Assembly (NCBI GenBank): GCA_002633005.1
Contig: NMRA01000423.1
Coordinates: 122,676 to 186,675, forward strand
Origin: Phoronis australis
Taxonomy: Eukaryota > Animalia > Phoronida
DNA: 64,000 bases
Reading direction: 5' to 3'
How positions within the stretch are numbered: position 1 is the first letter of the stretch; every line of letters starts with the position of its first letter. Positions 37,201-59,400 of this stretch are shown in pieces. A program made the translations under genes and the position numbers. The notes under the pieces are model-generated. The model worked only from the letters and a program-made list of their open reading frames with translations, was not told the DNA's origin and did no database searches.

Positions 37201-37639
37201 GGCCAGGTCACGACAAGGTCACTCTTACACAAACACTAAGCACGTGGAACTGAAACGACTCAACAATCACGGTCACAAGTCCAGGCAGACAAGCGTCCCA
37301 AGACGAGAACTGATCATACCGACAATCGTAATCACAGATCTCGACGGGCCTGTAAGACCACCGAGTTGGATGGAAGAAGAGGCGGGCCTATCCAAAAGTG
37401 AGTCTTCGACAACAGAGGTCGCTATTGTGGAAAATGGCGAAGACAGTGAGAGGATCGTATGGGATGGAAGTAGTGTGTCTGTATGTGACAACGCGTCGTT
37501 CACAAACGAAGAAGAGTCAGACGATATTTTGAATGAAGCCGTGACACGTTTAAGCCAATGCAATATCTATAGGACAGATGACATGACGAACGAAGAAGAA
37601 ACAAAATCTTTACTTGACGAAAAAGTTCAAATTGAATAA
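31174..37639 (+). CDS. Spliced gene: TNF-receptor superfamily member (p75NTR/TNFRSF16-like cysteine-rich domains, TM, no death domain), ~353 aa
   Basis: Exons 31174-31230 (signal), 32775-33144 (CRDs), 34994-35061, 36378-36503 (TM) and 37199-37639 (tail, TAA); all GT-AG and phase-consistent (0,1,0,0). Confidence 0.82.
31563..32225. repeat. Dispersed repeat (probable non-autonomous DNA element), second copy at ~50538-51380
   Basis: Shared blocks such as ttacctcctgccaaa.tttcaaatc, gagtgattacac, cccactatt.cgaag.ttca and acgatacttcggttatta. Confidence 0.7.
32775..33144 (+). CDS. TNFR cysteine-rich domain exon
   Basis: CTSCPPGEGVGTQC...DTVCIPCVSGLTFSSDNSAVDKCSKCSSC...PCTVYHDVVCVPC; ttacag| acceptor, |gtgagt donor. 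Confidence 0.9.
34793..34960 (+). repeat. Perfect 24-bp minisatellite x7 (tcatacattatgcgtatcattgtg)
   Basis: Seven identical head-to-tail units with no spacers. Confidence 0.95.
34994..35061 (+). CDS. TNFR-like gene stalk exon
   Basis: tag| acceptor, |gtaagt donor; phase 1 to 0 bridges the neighbouring exons. Confidence 0.7.
35516..35887. mobile_element. PIF/Harbinger-like MITE
   Basis: TIR ggggccgggttctaatctttgtactcgaaat ... atttcgagtacaaagattagatctcgtgccc. Same-family fragments at ~290-530, 33940-34255 and 41880-42271. Confidence 0.7.
36378..36503 (+). CDS. TNFR-like gene transmembrane exon
   Basis: ESGEGNPTFTIIIASMGSFLVVICVAVIVHNKRK... Confidence 0.85.
37199..37639 (+). CDS. TNFR-like gene cytoplasmic-tail exon
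   Basis: tttaatag| acceptor in frame with ORF 37244-37639; acidic low-complexity tail containing PTIVIT. Confidence 0.8.
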   Translation, partial: RARSRQGHSYTNTKHVELKRLNNHGHKSRQTSVPRRELIIPTIVITDLDGPVRPPSWMEEEAGLSKSESSTTEVAIVENGEDSERIVWDGSSVSVCDNASFTNEEESDDILNEAVTRLSQCNIYRTDDMTNEEETKSLLDEKVQIE

Positions 37640-38099
37640 TGCATAGACTATTTCCAAATATATAAAAATATTACTGCTAATACACTGTATCATACTGGTT
37701 TATATAACCCATTTCACGTTGCAAAATGCTGTCGGTCTCGCCACCTAGTGAATCAGGCACGAGAATTATTCGAAATACCAAGAAAAATGGAGCTTGCTGT
37801 GACAACTTGGTAGACTCGGCCGTACGCTGTGACTCCTTTTATTTCCCACAAAGTTGTTCAAGAAACTTGAGTACGTGGACATGAAACACTGCCGCTGGGT
37901 ACGTCCATAGATTACACCCATGTCGAAGGAGATATGAAACTTTCAATTGAAGTCTCTTTTCTTCTATTTTCTCCTTTAATCGATATTCAATTCACGAATG
38001 TGATATGCAGTGCTATAGGACGTCTAATGATGGTGACAACTTATGTAGGTACTTGACAAAACAAGGAAATGGCGGTTTTAAGCACTTTAATAGAAGCCT

Positions 38100-39570
38100 G
38101 TTTGCCAAATTTTATGAAAAGCAGTGACGGATCTCCGAAGATACACAGACAATGAAAATCGGAGTTCAAGGTGATTTATTAAGAACTTTACAATCAATGT
38201 ATAGCCAACTTCGGACGTGTGTGAGAACGCAAGGATAGGTTGTTTGTTAAGCCCTCTTTTGTTTACGTTGTATTTGAATGAATTTGTGGAATGTATCCAC
38301 TCTAGAAATGACGATGGTATTTTTCTAAGTCAAAATGTCTCTGATGTGAAAGTATTGTTGCATGCCGATGATATGGCCTTGTGTGCTTACTCTCCAGTTA
38401 AGTGCAGAAACTACTGCTATGCCTGGTGTGATTCAAATAAGTTTCGCCAAGAATGGGGCATGTCCGTTAATTTAGTAAAGACCAAAGTTAAGTTGTTTAG
38501 AAACGGAGATCCCCTAAAAAGTTGCAAGAGGTGGTATTTTGGAGGTGAAATACTCGAAGCGGTTTTGCAGTTACAGTTATCTGGGTGTTGTGTTCACGCC
38601 GAAGTTATTGTGGATTATGGCCTCTCAGACCCTGGCCCGGTCTCCAATCTCCGTACTCAGACTCATACTCATACTCGAGATTTCATACTCAAAATCGTGC
38701 TCACTGGAGTCGTACTCAAAAAAGCGTATCTAATGTCGTATTTCGAGTAGACTCCAAACGTACTCAAATCTGACACTCATACTCGAGTTGCTATGGAACT
38801 CTTTATGATGTGAAATGCAAAATCACGCAAAGCCGCGCTGATTCATCGCTCCCTATTGGAATAGACCACCCNCGAGTACAGATTTTTCGAGTATGACATT
38901 GAATACACCAAAGCTGAGTCTGTACTCGAGTTGAGTATGAAGTGTGAGTTTGAGCATGATTCGAGTCTGAGTACGGAGATTGGAGACCGGGCCCCTGTCA
39001 GCCCAAGCCACGAAAGTTGCCATTACAATCGACAATCTACAAAGAAGCTTGACCATGTTTCAAATGCGTGTGGCTTTTGAGATATTTGATAAAATGAATA
39101 CTTCTATATTTATCTCATTGGTTTACCCTACCTTGTGCTATGGAGCCGAAATAAGGGGCTTACAAGAATACAACTGGTTAGAAAAAGTGCATATTATACA
39201 TGTACATGTATTTTGTAAGCTTGTCACACTCAGTTTGTATGACTTAAATCAAAATGGTCGGCACTCCCGAAATTGGGCCATATAAGTTTATATATTGTCA
39301 AATTATGGATTCCAAAATGTTTGGTAAATCAAGCAGTTGTGTGTGAAAATACTTTTCTGCTAATTTTTTAGACAGCGAATAAGGGATGGTTACTTGCAAG
39401 GATGGAGACATAGTGTTGAGAGTAACCCTAAACTGTGTTGGGTTTTATTATCAATTTAAAGAGGAATTCAAATTGGAAAAAATAAATTTGAATATACCCC
39501 GTGTACAAATTATGACCATGGCACGTTTTTATTGTTCCAGCCACAGTCTCATGATTGAAGCTAGTTGAAT
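38100..39570 (+). mobile_element. Degenerate non-LTR retrotransposon (LINE) reverse-transcriptase fragment
   Basis: GCLLSPLLFTLYLNE, LLHADDMAL (YADD-like), VNLVKTKV, YSYLGVVF, PTLCYGAEI and SSHSLMIE, with frameshifts. Confidence 0.85.
38634..38993. mobile_element. Harbinger-like MITE nested in the LINE RT fragment
   Basis: TIR ggcccggtctccaatctccgtactcagactc / gagtctgagtacggagattggagaccgggcc with a 3-bp flanking repeat (cct). Confidence 0.85.
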
Positions 39571-40199
39571 ACGAGTATCATTTCCTTCTAAGCTGTGGTA
39601 AATATTCTGAATTTTTGTACAGTGGGCCTATGGCATTTATTACTGAAACAAATTGATTGATTGTAAAAACAAACAATGGTCGAGGGGTTACAGCAGTAGT
39701 CTGATAAGTCTGAAAGTCGTGGACATTCTCTGTCACATATTCTGGAGCATCCAAGCGGAATAAAATTGAAGTTTAGGAGATGCCACTGTTGACGCCGAGG
39801 GGTGAAATGGACTCGTACGCCGAACACAAAGGGCGGCAATATGCGCTCGCATATACTTATGTGGGCATACAAAATGTAATTTATCAGCTGAGTTATTCTG
39901 AGTCTTCGTTATGAGACAATTGCTGCATATTTCAAAAAGACACCTGGTCCATCTATATTGGATATGCATGCGCGCACCCAGCCTAAAAATATAGGGAGCT
40001 CGAATTTTTTAGAATGAGGACATTTTAATAAGATTTACAGGGTAGGTTCAAAGCTACGAATTGTGCATTCGCCGAATTTTTGTAGTTACTGCCTTTTTAG
40101 TGGACCTTTGTCTCACTTTCTACCTTATTCGTAATTTTTGTTTCTCTGAGGCGTACCCTTTTGCCAAATTCGTCAAATGAGGGGGCTCATTTGAGCCCC

Positions 40200-40750
40200 C
40201 GAGCTCCCCGCGGGTGCGCACATGATCGGGAGCGTCATGGAATGTGGCGGCATCATGGCCAACGAGAAAACATCGCGCTGGATGACAAGGTCGATCCGAA
40301 ACCTCACCTGAACCCAGTAGAGAAGCTTTGGGATCAATTCGCTCAAAATGTACCTCCTCTTCGCCCACACAACACTGGAAGACTTGCGCCAGCTGCTCGT
40401 TCAAGAGACGGTAGGCTGCCATTTCCCAGCGGAGAATCGGGACTTCGATCAACAGTAAATGTATGCGGACTGGAGACGATGCAGTGGCCGCCTGTGACAG
40501 CACACATTACTGACTTGGGCAAGTGCTTTCATGTAGACATGTTGGCCGCCATCTGGTCCATTTCAGTTTTGAACTGCTTTCATTTATCGCTAATAAAACT
40601 GTAAGTTATTCGGATAAAACACATAAATTATCAGAATGCTCGTCACTAATTGAAGTTTGGTAAATAAATTTGAAGTACGCGGTTCTGTATTATCTTTCGA
40701 AATGATGAAAACAATTTGATGTGGGCCTTACTCACTTTTTGAGTAGCTTA
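40200..40750 (+). mobile_element. Decayed Tc1-like transposase C-terminal relic and 3' end
   Basis: SVMECGGI (cf. SVMVWGGI), PHLNPVEKLWDQ (cf. SPDLNPIExLW), and a terminal THY* resembling the Tc1 C-terminus. Confidence 0.6.
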
Positions 40751-40844
40751 TTTCATAACGGCTTTATGTGTTGCGAAGCTGAACGTTCCCGCTGCGATGT
40801 AGCACGATCAAGACTGATAGGTCACTGAGTCCGAGAACGCCTCC

Positions 40845-40983
40845 CGTTCAGTAACGCTAAGACTTCGCTAAAAGCAAGACTTCACGAGATTACGTGAGAT
40901 ATTTCCGTGTATTTTAAGTTAGAACACGTGACTAAAACTAGATTTTAGCTAGGTCCTGGCGTAGGTTCTAGCGTTACTGAACG
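40845..40983. mobile_element. Small MITE-like inverted-repeat element
   Basis: cgttcagtaacgcta ... tagcgttactgaacg, a 15-bp inverted repeat. Confidence 0.55.
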
Positions 40984-43900
40984 CCCGTCAGGTTGATATG
41001 CAGACTTTTTCACAGACCAGGCACTTGAAATGGGTGTGTTCACAAAGGCGTCCTATTAGCCGCCTTACAAGTCAATTTACAAAATGATATTATTTTGGCC
41101 AGTCACCATGAGTGAGCAGATACCAATAACTCACGTTATTGGAGTGCAGCTTTCTACACAGCACAGTTACAAACCTTTATCCTACATGTCTTCGTGTTAT
41201 ACTGCTTATAGAGTACTTTGAAATATTTATCATGTTTTAATGTTATTATCATCCTGTTATCGTTACCACCACCATCACCACCAACACTTATTTCTGTGGT
41301 GGTCTATACACAAACAAAAAAATTTAAGAAAATAAATGTTAGGAAAAATGATAAATTGTGAATGATTATACAGGAGGAATGAAAGATGTAAAGTTATGGT
41401 GAAAATGGGATGAAAAAGACTGTAGGGTAAAGTGACATGTTAGATAACAAATACATAAGTAAAAAATAGATAAATTAATTAAACTAATTTAAATCGGTGT
41501 TATCACTTCTCTCAATAAGGATAATATAGATATTATTTGATTTGTGTAAAGAATAAACAAAATAATTAACCGTGCTTATATATCCCCTATCGCTTTTTGA
41601 ATACGTGAGTAACGATACATTTCAGGTATATGAAGTTGTGCAAACTTCCAAAATAAGGAAGTCGATTCATTCATTCCATGCAGTATTTTCACCAGGCTTC
41701 TTGAACGTGACGTGCTTTCACGCTCGAATTTTAGACACCGTCATAAACTAATCACTGCCATAATTATGTATTACTGGTTTATTTATTTACCACTGTCACC
41801 ATTCCTGATTTGTGATTGGTAGATTTATCACTATCATAATTTTTTATTACTATTTATTACTTATGTCATTATTCCTGACATTTCTGAAACTGAACTCGAA
41901 ATTATGCTTGGCAGTTTCTACTTTACTTTTGTGGAAACTCAAGATAAGTGTCTACTATTCTATGCTCGAGTACATAATGACTTACGTGGATAATTTATTA
42001 GTCCTAGTTTGCAGTTGATAAATCCAACGTTAAAGCTAAAACTTCGAATTTGAACTCGAAATTTCGAGTTTTTACTCGAGTTTGTATCACGAATACGATA
42101 AGTGTCATCAAGTGCAAACTTGGACTGAGAAACTCATAATTATGCGTAAACTCTAATGCATTGCAGCACAGATAACCACTTAGGCCTATCTTGAGTTCGC
42201 ACAAAAGTAGCAGAGACTTGCCAAAAAATAATTTCGAGTTCGTTTCGAATACAAAGATTAGAACCCGGACCATTGTTGGCTAAATAGATTTAACCGTCAT
42301 AACTCGGGAATTATGGCAGTGTTTTACACTGACACTTTTTGACACTGTTCGTTTTGGAAACCACTCGCTACCCCGCAGCGAAAATATAATTGCGCATACA
42401 AAATTAGGCATATGGTCCTGTATTCGGAAAATTCCGGGACTAGACATCCATTTGTGCAATACATGTAGTTTAATATCACCAGAGAGTAAACTCGACAAAT
42501 GCAACGTATATTTTGGGAACAAAGGGTAAACCTTACGTCATTGTACCAAAGAGCATCCATGTATCCACTATAGTTATGTAACTGATCTGCTGGGGGTACT
42601 TCAATAGAAGAAGTATTGCAGGATATGTCACTCCATTAGAAACTGAGGCGACTTTTTCGGGTCCCTTTAATGCCAAAATATAACACGAAATGTAAAGTTT
42701 TTCCACTAAATTCCCAAAAAAGCTTCACTTCAGGAATTTGCAGCTGTACAGGAGGTTCCTTTTATAACTGCACAAATCCTGTACAGAAGGGTTTTTAATA
42801 TTATTCATATTTTAAAATCTTCGTTTGGCAAATTACGTAGGCCTACATGTATTACTTTTGGCAAGATGTCAGCTTTTCTTGTATTGCTGTTAAGACTTAA
42901 CGGGATAAAAAGTCAGTTGTCCCTGCGAATCCTATAGAGTTAGATTGGTGGAATTGAGGTAACTTTGGTGATTTCGCTCACGTCGGCGCGCTGCAACCAA
43001 TTCAGACACATGGTTCGCATCCGTTCAATGGCCGTGGACAGTACGAACACGGCGTCAACTCGATGCTGTTTTCGAATAAAGGTTGAAATTATGTTTTATG
43101 GCAGAGCATCAGAACAATTGGAAGCAAACTGCTCACTCATAAATTATTTTGCAAAATAATGCAAAGAATTTGAGGGTGACATCGGTTTATGCCACCAGCT
43201 TGCGCCACCTTGAGTAGTAGTGCAAAATTTAAGTCAACCAAGATATCGTTATTCTTAAGACTCTCCCTTCCCGCATTTAAATTTATGATTCTTTGCTGTG
43301 ATTATAAAGTGCATTTTGAGACTTGATGAGAGGCTCACATTTAATCAAGGACAACATTATTTCTAACATATTTTAGGTATTAGAAGATCAGTTACCATTA
43401 TCAGCAATCGCCCTGGTGAGTTGAGGTGCGTTTCGCCAGCCTGAGTCGTCCTCGTAGAGGTTGTGTAGGGTTACAGTAACCGACTACCACGCAAGATGAA
43501 ACCTCTCGTCGTTGTCCTATTAAGCTACAAGGACCCAAACATTGCTGAAAAGTTTGATGACGCCGTCACGGATTGAAGTGAGCTATTAATGTGCTTGGCT
43601 GAACGCACAGGATGAGATAATTGTGGTCGTAAACCAAGTTACACACCTGTTTATCGTACGCACTCTGCAGTCAAAAACCCGTGACTGCTTTTAAATTGAC
43701 AAGTAAATATCCTCCGTCTTTGGATTTTTTTAAAATCGAGGCATTACAAGAGAAATAAGTTACTAGATATTTTCAACAACACTGCTAAGCAACGACCATT
43801 AGTGTGTGAATCGATGATGACGAGCTGGTCACAGTCTTGGCGGGGGTACAAAAAGGGCCCAAATGTTAGCGTAGGATTTGTCTTTCAACGACCGTCAAAG

Positions 43901-45016
43901 ATACAGAGAGCATGAGCGAATATCGTTGAAAATTATTAGTTGTGAACATTTTCGTGTGTTCAACAAATTTTAATTTGCAACCATAACATTAGATTATTCT
44001 CCATATGCTAGAGCGACCAAGACCTGTAGTAAATCTCTTCCATGAAATGCGAGGCGGACGAACTCGATGCTCTTAAATTGGTGGCAGCTCCACCTTGCGG
44101 ATCAGTTTCATGAGCCCCGGCGAAAGTACTTTGAGTTTCTGGAAGAGAATCCTAAGATAAGGGGACTTTTCAAAAATCCCATTTTACCCTACTCTCTGGA
44201 TGGATGTGTTTTCTAGCATCAACTGCAACCCCATCCGATCACAAACGTAGTCAAGTAACCCTCCGGAAGGTGACCTATTTAGATACCCGTCTGGGCACAC
44301 ATATGTTATTGAAGATATTGTGCCTTTGACCAGTCTGCAGGCGTACGAATGCCATGTCTGAAGAACGGGGATCTAAAAGGTTTACGGTACGTTTGTGATA
44401 TTAGTCTTCTTGAGAGCCAGTGTTTCCAGTCTGCAAGTTACAGGCATCTACATTCTGATGCCTGTGCTTCTGTGATACTGAGGATCGAGGGACACGCTGT
44501 CGCTCGGCATCATCACCTGCAGGTCGTTTGGTTGGGTGTTGGGACTGAATTCATCACATATTACTCTATGTCTATTTTCCCCAGGATGAGCAAATCTTGA
44601 AGTATGTTTGGCCAAAGACTTCAACAACATCAGTAAAAGTTCTTCAGTTACGCAATTCTTGCACCGATCGATTGTCCGATTGCAATCGAGGAATTTGACC
44701 CCAGTGTCACAACATTACCTGCGCATGCCGGGGGTGATCTCTTAGATTCATGTCGAGGTTTTCTGCAGTTACAGTTCTCTACACCAAATATTCCTGTAAG
44801 CTACATGAGTTTGCACTGCTTCTTGAGCCTGTGTATTATATGTGGAGATCACTGAACTGATGAAATGGATGAAGTAAGAGTGTGCTAGGCTACCATTTAA
44901 AGATGTTTTAACATCTTTTTAAAGAGGAAACATCCATGCTTTGTTTATTGCGGGAAAATATTGTGATTATTACTTTTTTCGAAATTCTAAGTTTGAACCT
45001 TTTTAGACGGGCAGCC

Positions 45017-54668
<9,652 letters not shown>

Positions 54669-57600
54669 AAACTGACTTATGGTGCAAGGCGAGGACACCC
54701 ATTAGTTTGAGACACGCATTGTCAAGCTCAATCCATCAATGATTTTTGAACTATAGTACTTTCAAGGGTGTAGTCTTCACATTCACAAGTGTACCAGAGA
54801 ATTCAGGAGGTCAACAGAATTTGTGACATGATGTATGAACTCTTCTAATACGCCGTGTGCTACATGTTCATTCAATTTCTACAGCACAGCCATAGTGTGA
54901 AGCTGTTACAGTTTTGTAAATTAACATTTCGTTTTCATTTGATGCAACATATTTTTCATGAAAATCTGTCATATTTTAGGACCTTCCATGCAAAAGTTGA
55001 ACATTTTGAACAACACTTTACAGAATAGTGTATAACTCGTAGTATTCGATCGTTTCACATAAATCGGATCAACCATTCCTGAAATATGTGTTCAGTCTGA
55101 AGTTAGGGTCCCAGATAGCTCAGCTTAATTAAACTCCACTACATAGAGCAACACAGGGCGGATTCACGATTTTTAGTCGGTGGGGGGGGGGGCAGGACAG
55201 AGTATTAGCCAGGATTTTCCCCATCAGACATTCGCACCCAAGAACAGCCAAATGGAATCTGGCCATGCAGCTCCTCTAAATCTGTCACTGTTACACGTAG
55301 CGAGTCCAGGCAGTAATTTCAAAAAAAAAATTAAGTTCACTTCAAAAACTGTTACATATATAGATCCCATTTTGCTAATACTATAGGCATTGTTTCGCGC
55401 TGAGCTGTTCCTTTTGTGGGTTTAGCTTTTGAATCTACGAAACCAGCCGAGGAAGTCAGTACATGTATCTGGCAAGCCGGCGTTCATCGGTATGAAAAGT
55501 GTCACACGAGCACCCGTTCATGTATCTAAGTGCTGAACCCCGACTGCTTCATCTTCACTAAAATTGCAGCCTTTCTTCCGTGGGGACTGCCAAGCACTTG
55601 GGTACAAGAAATAACACTTCATCTACGTTCCCTGCGCCAAGGTTGTATGTTTAGCGGAACACGAGATTTAATGTTCCTAGGAACTTGAGTCCTGCTAAAT
55701 CATTATCATTGTGTCAGTTGGAAGTAAATACAGTATTTCTGTCCAACTGAACGTTTCAACTTGAACAATAAAATACGATCCAATACGGGTCGAATTCCAA
55801 TATGGGTCTCGATAGCTGTAGTCCTTTAATGGAACACGAGAATAGTGTTCGCAGGAACTCGTCCTCTGCTTAACCTTATTAATGTCATAAGAAATATAGA
55901 GTACTTTGCAATCCATGTAAACATGGCTTTCTCTGGTTTCAAATGTTTTTGTGTAATTTTAGTGCAAATTAGAAATGAGTGAGAAATCAAAAATCAACAT
56001 CAAGTGCTATTTTCACGTTTTGGTGGACGTTCTCTCCCATAATCGTCAGGCGAACGGCTGACATTGTCCACCAATAATATGGTTAAGTTACAGTAGGAAA
56101 GATACGACGTATATTTAATACAAAAACACTGACACACATAACCTAACGACAGTTTAATCATTTTCCGTACATGATCCAACTAAACATTAAAACTCGATAA
56201 CGAGGCCCTGATATTTCAGTGCTTCCCGTCCGTTGGGCAAGAAAAACTCCGAAGCGGTCGCGCGAACACTCGCCCCCACCCGACGCCTGATCCTTATTTC
56301 GTTCCCGTGACGAAAAAGCACCGGATATTTCGGTCGCAAAACTTCGATGCGCGGCCTTGGTATTTTACGCGCACCCGGCAGCCGCGTACGAGTCGACTTC
56401 GCGAGCAGCTGTCGTGTCCATTTACAAATTTCAAAAGCACGACCACTAGAGTAGAGCTACTCATTTATTCTTCCCGTGAAAAGTAGTTCTGTATTAGAGG
56501 TAAATGGCCAAGATCTCAACCTTCATGCAGTGACACACGATACGTCCACTTTTTGTCATTTTTTGCAAAAATCGAACCAAGGCTCCGGCAGCTATCACTG
56601 TAGCCCCGTGGAGCTACAGGGATGAATAAGAGAATACGTATAGTGATGCCGTTTACATGTACATAACGCACTTTATATGCGCTAACTGCGAAGCGATACC
56701 GAAGATAGTTTACAGTGAAACAACACGTGTAGTTGAGATAAAAGGTCATATATATTATGACAAACTAAACTACTACAGATATCAGTAATTACAAAAGTTA
56801 TATAACATGTTGAACTGTAAAGGTGGGTGACAATCTGCCAAGCACCAATGAAGGTATACACAAGTGGTGAATAGTAAGTTAAGAAACAATATGCGGAAGC
56901 ATAACAGCAACACCGGGACAGCGACATGTGAAATTGGAGCATAACAGGGAAAGAAAGAAAATTGGTTTGAGGGAGGGTGGGAAAGAGAAATTGAGTGAAA
57001 AATGAAAGTTGGAGCGAATTGTGGACGATGGCCCAGTGTTGCGGCAAGACAAAGAGATCACGTGGTACAATTGAACCAATAATTGTAGAACAAAGAGGGT
57101 CACTTACCTGAGAATCCAAACAAAAAATATGATAATGAGGACGAAGCATTATAGCTTACATAAAATAATTTAATACTTAAATAGTTTTTATTCGGTAGAG
57201 CGATACGAACAAACGTTCACAAGCTATGCAGTTACCCTAGCAATGTCAAGCGATAAATTGCGATACTGAACAAGCGGTTACCTGCAACAAAGACAAAAAT
57301 GCAGTCTGAATATTCGGCAAGCAAGCGTAAACAACAAACACCATACAAAAGAACGCTAAAAAGACCTGAAACAATGACACTACATTAGAAGCCTAACGCA
57401 TTTCAGCTACACCAACGATACACATGCGCCTTGCGCACGTCAGATACAACGTGTGCCAATCACTTGCAATTATTTTTTAAAATAAAAAATGATACACACT
57501 GGGAACCATTACCACACAAACAACTGCCTAACTGCGACCCTTAACTATTTATCCCATGAACCGGGTATCGCGCAACATACATGTATACGCCAAACAAACA

Positions 57601-57789
57601 GCTGAATGAAAATACGACTATATACGTTCAACAACAATTATGTACGCTCCAAACTTATCTAGTTAGGCAAACATGAAATACAACATGCCACCCTGAGTGT
57701 GGCATGGGCGGATACAGTGGGGGAGGGGCTGTTTAGAAGAGTACGGCGAATTAAGTATGAACATGGACGTTCAACATTAAAAGAAATAC

Positions 57790-58245
57790 AAAAGGATTTC
57801 CCCGCGCTTTTTAACTTCCTGAACTTTTTAAAAATTTGCTCGTCCATTTATTACATTTTCTCACTTTTTAAAAGATCTAACTCACCCTTTTTAAATTTCG
57901 TGACCCTTCGGATTTCCCAGCCTTTTTTGAAGTTTTGCCCCCCTTTTTATTAAATTTTACCTTTTAAATTTCTCTGCATTTTAATTAGATTTTGCGCCTT
58001 TTAAAAAAAAATCTCGCCATTGATTTCCATGCCTTTTAAAGATTTTCCCCACGCTTCTTGTAAGAATTTTTCCCACCCTTTTTATATTTCCTCTCCCTCT
58101 TAAAATATTTCCCGATATTTTTTAAATTTGCCACTTTTTTGAAGATTTTCGCACCCTTTTATTAGATTTTCCGTCCTCTTAAATATTTGCCCGTCCTTTT
58201 TGAAGATTTCTCCGCCTTTTTAAAGATTTTCCAAAATTCTCTCAC
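57790..58245 (+). repeat. Degenerate ~20-bp minisatellite (consensus roughly TTTTTAAAGATTTTCCCGCC)
   Basis: Periodic T-tract/aagattt/ccc units. Confidence 0.7.
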
Positions 58246-58324
58246 CCATTCCCTGAGCACTCTTTTAATGGCTGAAATTTCAAATTATCAATTTGCCACT
58301 TGAAAGTCCCACCATACCGAACAG

Positions 58325-59400
58325 CAGAAGTTCTAGGTATCAAACTGCATATAGACAAAAGAGCCTTAGTACATTCTCGTAAATCTCTACGTTCCATGTG
58401 ATAGTACGACTACAGAAGAGGGGTGGATTAAGCTGTTGAAGCCTTTCCTTTGTATGGGACCCAAAGATATAATCTCAGGGGACTTCAACGCACGTAGTCC
58501 GTAATGGAAAGATACCACCACCAATATTAATGGCAAGTCCTTGGAGAAAGCTTTACCCAATCTGGACTGCATCATCCTAAACAACGATTCACCTACCAGA
58601 GTAGCAGAATGAGATGGAGATTCTGATTCATGTGTTGACTCGACTCCTAAGGTAGTCCTTGAACTTGACTGGAAGTTTCTTCCCCTCATGGGCAGTGATC
58701 ACAGACCAGCTCTTATTCACATTAATAAAGCAGGGGACCCAGTCCCCTCAAAGAACCATCCTGGGTTCAAGTACAATACAAGGGGGAATCAGTCGTTCCG
58801 AGCACGGTGCGTAAAAGGCTGAAGGAGGTCAGAGCTTAGCGCAAAACCAATAATCCAAGGTGCAAACCTAAATGGTGGACGGAGGAAGTGGACAATGCCT
58901 GGAGTAGTAAGATGCAAAGGAGCAAAGAGTATACCTCAGCCAAGATGCAAGGGGGGTCGAAGGAAGAAATCTGTGAGCGACGCAAGGCCTTCGGCGATGC
59001 TGTTGCTAACTATCAGGCTGTTGCACGGAAAAACAAGCAGATGCTTTGGGATGATTTCTGTCAGTGTTCTGACCCCGGAGACCAATCACCAGCAAATTCT
59101 GAAATCTGGCTAAGGAAATGAAAAGAATCTTAACCGGAGCAGGACCTGCACCTCAACTTATCCAGGGACTGACCGAATGGTAAGACGCTTGCTACAGACC
59201 AGGAAAAAGGCGAAGCCTTCCTTCTAAGATCCAGAAGCAACTGCAGCCAGATGGCCCTGACATTGTCCAGCAAGCATTACGCACAGTGAACCAGCATATG
59301 GAGGAGAATGATCAAAACAATGAGCAACCAGTCTCACTTGAAGAACTAGATGCAACCCTGGCACAAACACAGCAAAAGCTGATTGCCTGCTACTAGCTGT
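58325..59400 (+). mobile_element. Degenerate non-LTR retrotransposon APE-endonuclease/ORF2 N-terminal fragment
   Basis: LYVP, IISGDFNARS..W, NGKSL, ILNNDSPTR, GSDHRP and KPKWWTEEV, with stops and frameshifts. Confidence 0.85.

Noticed and set aside
55105-55140. tagctcag A-box-like sequence suggesting a tRNA or SINE
   Set aside because: There is no B-box or cloverleaf downstream.
55400-57300. Possible minus-strand gene (short ORF 55695-55916, donor-like sites near 57105 and 57280, CpG-rich patch ~56230-56420)
   Set aside because: No coherent exon chain or recognisable domain could be assembled.
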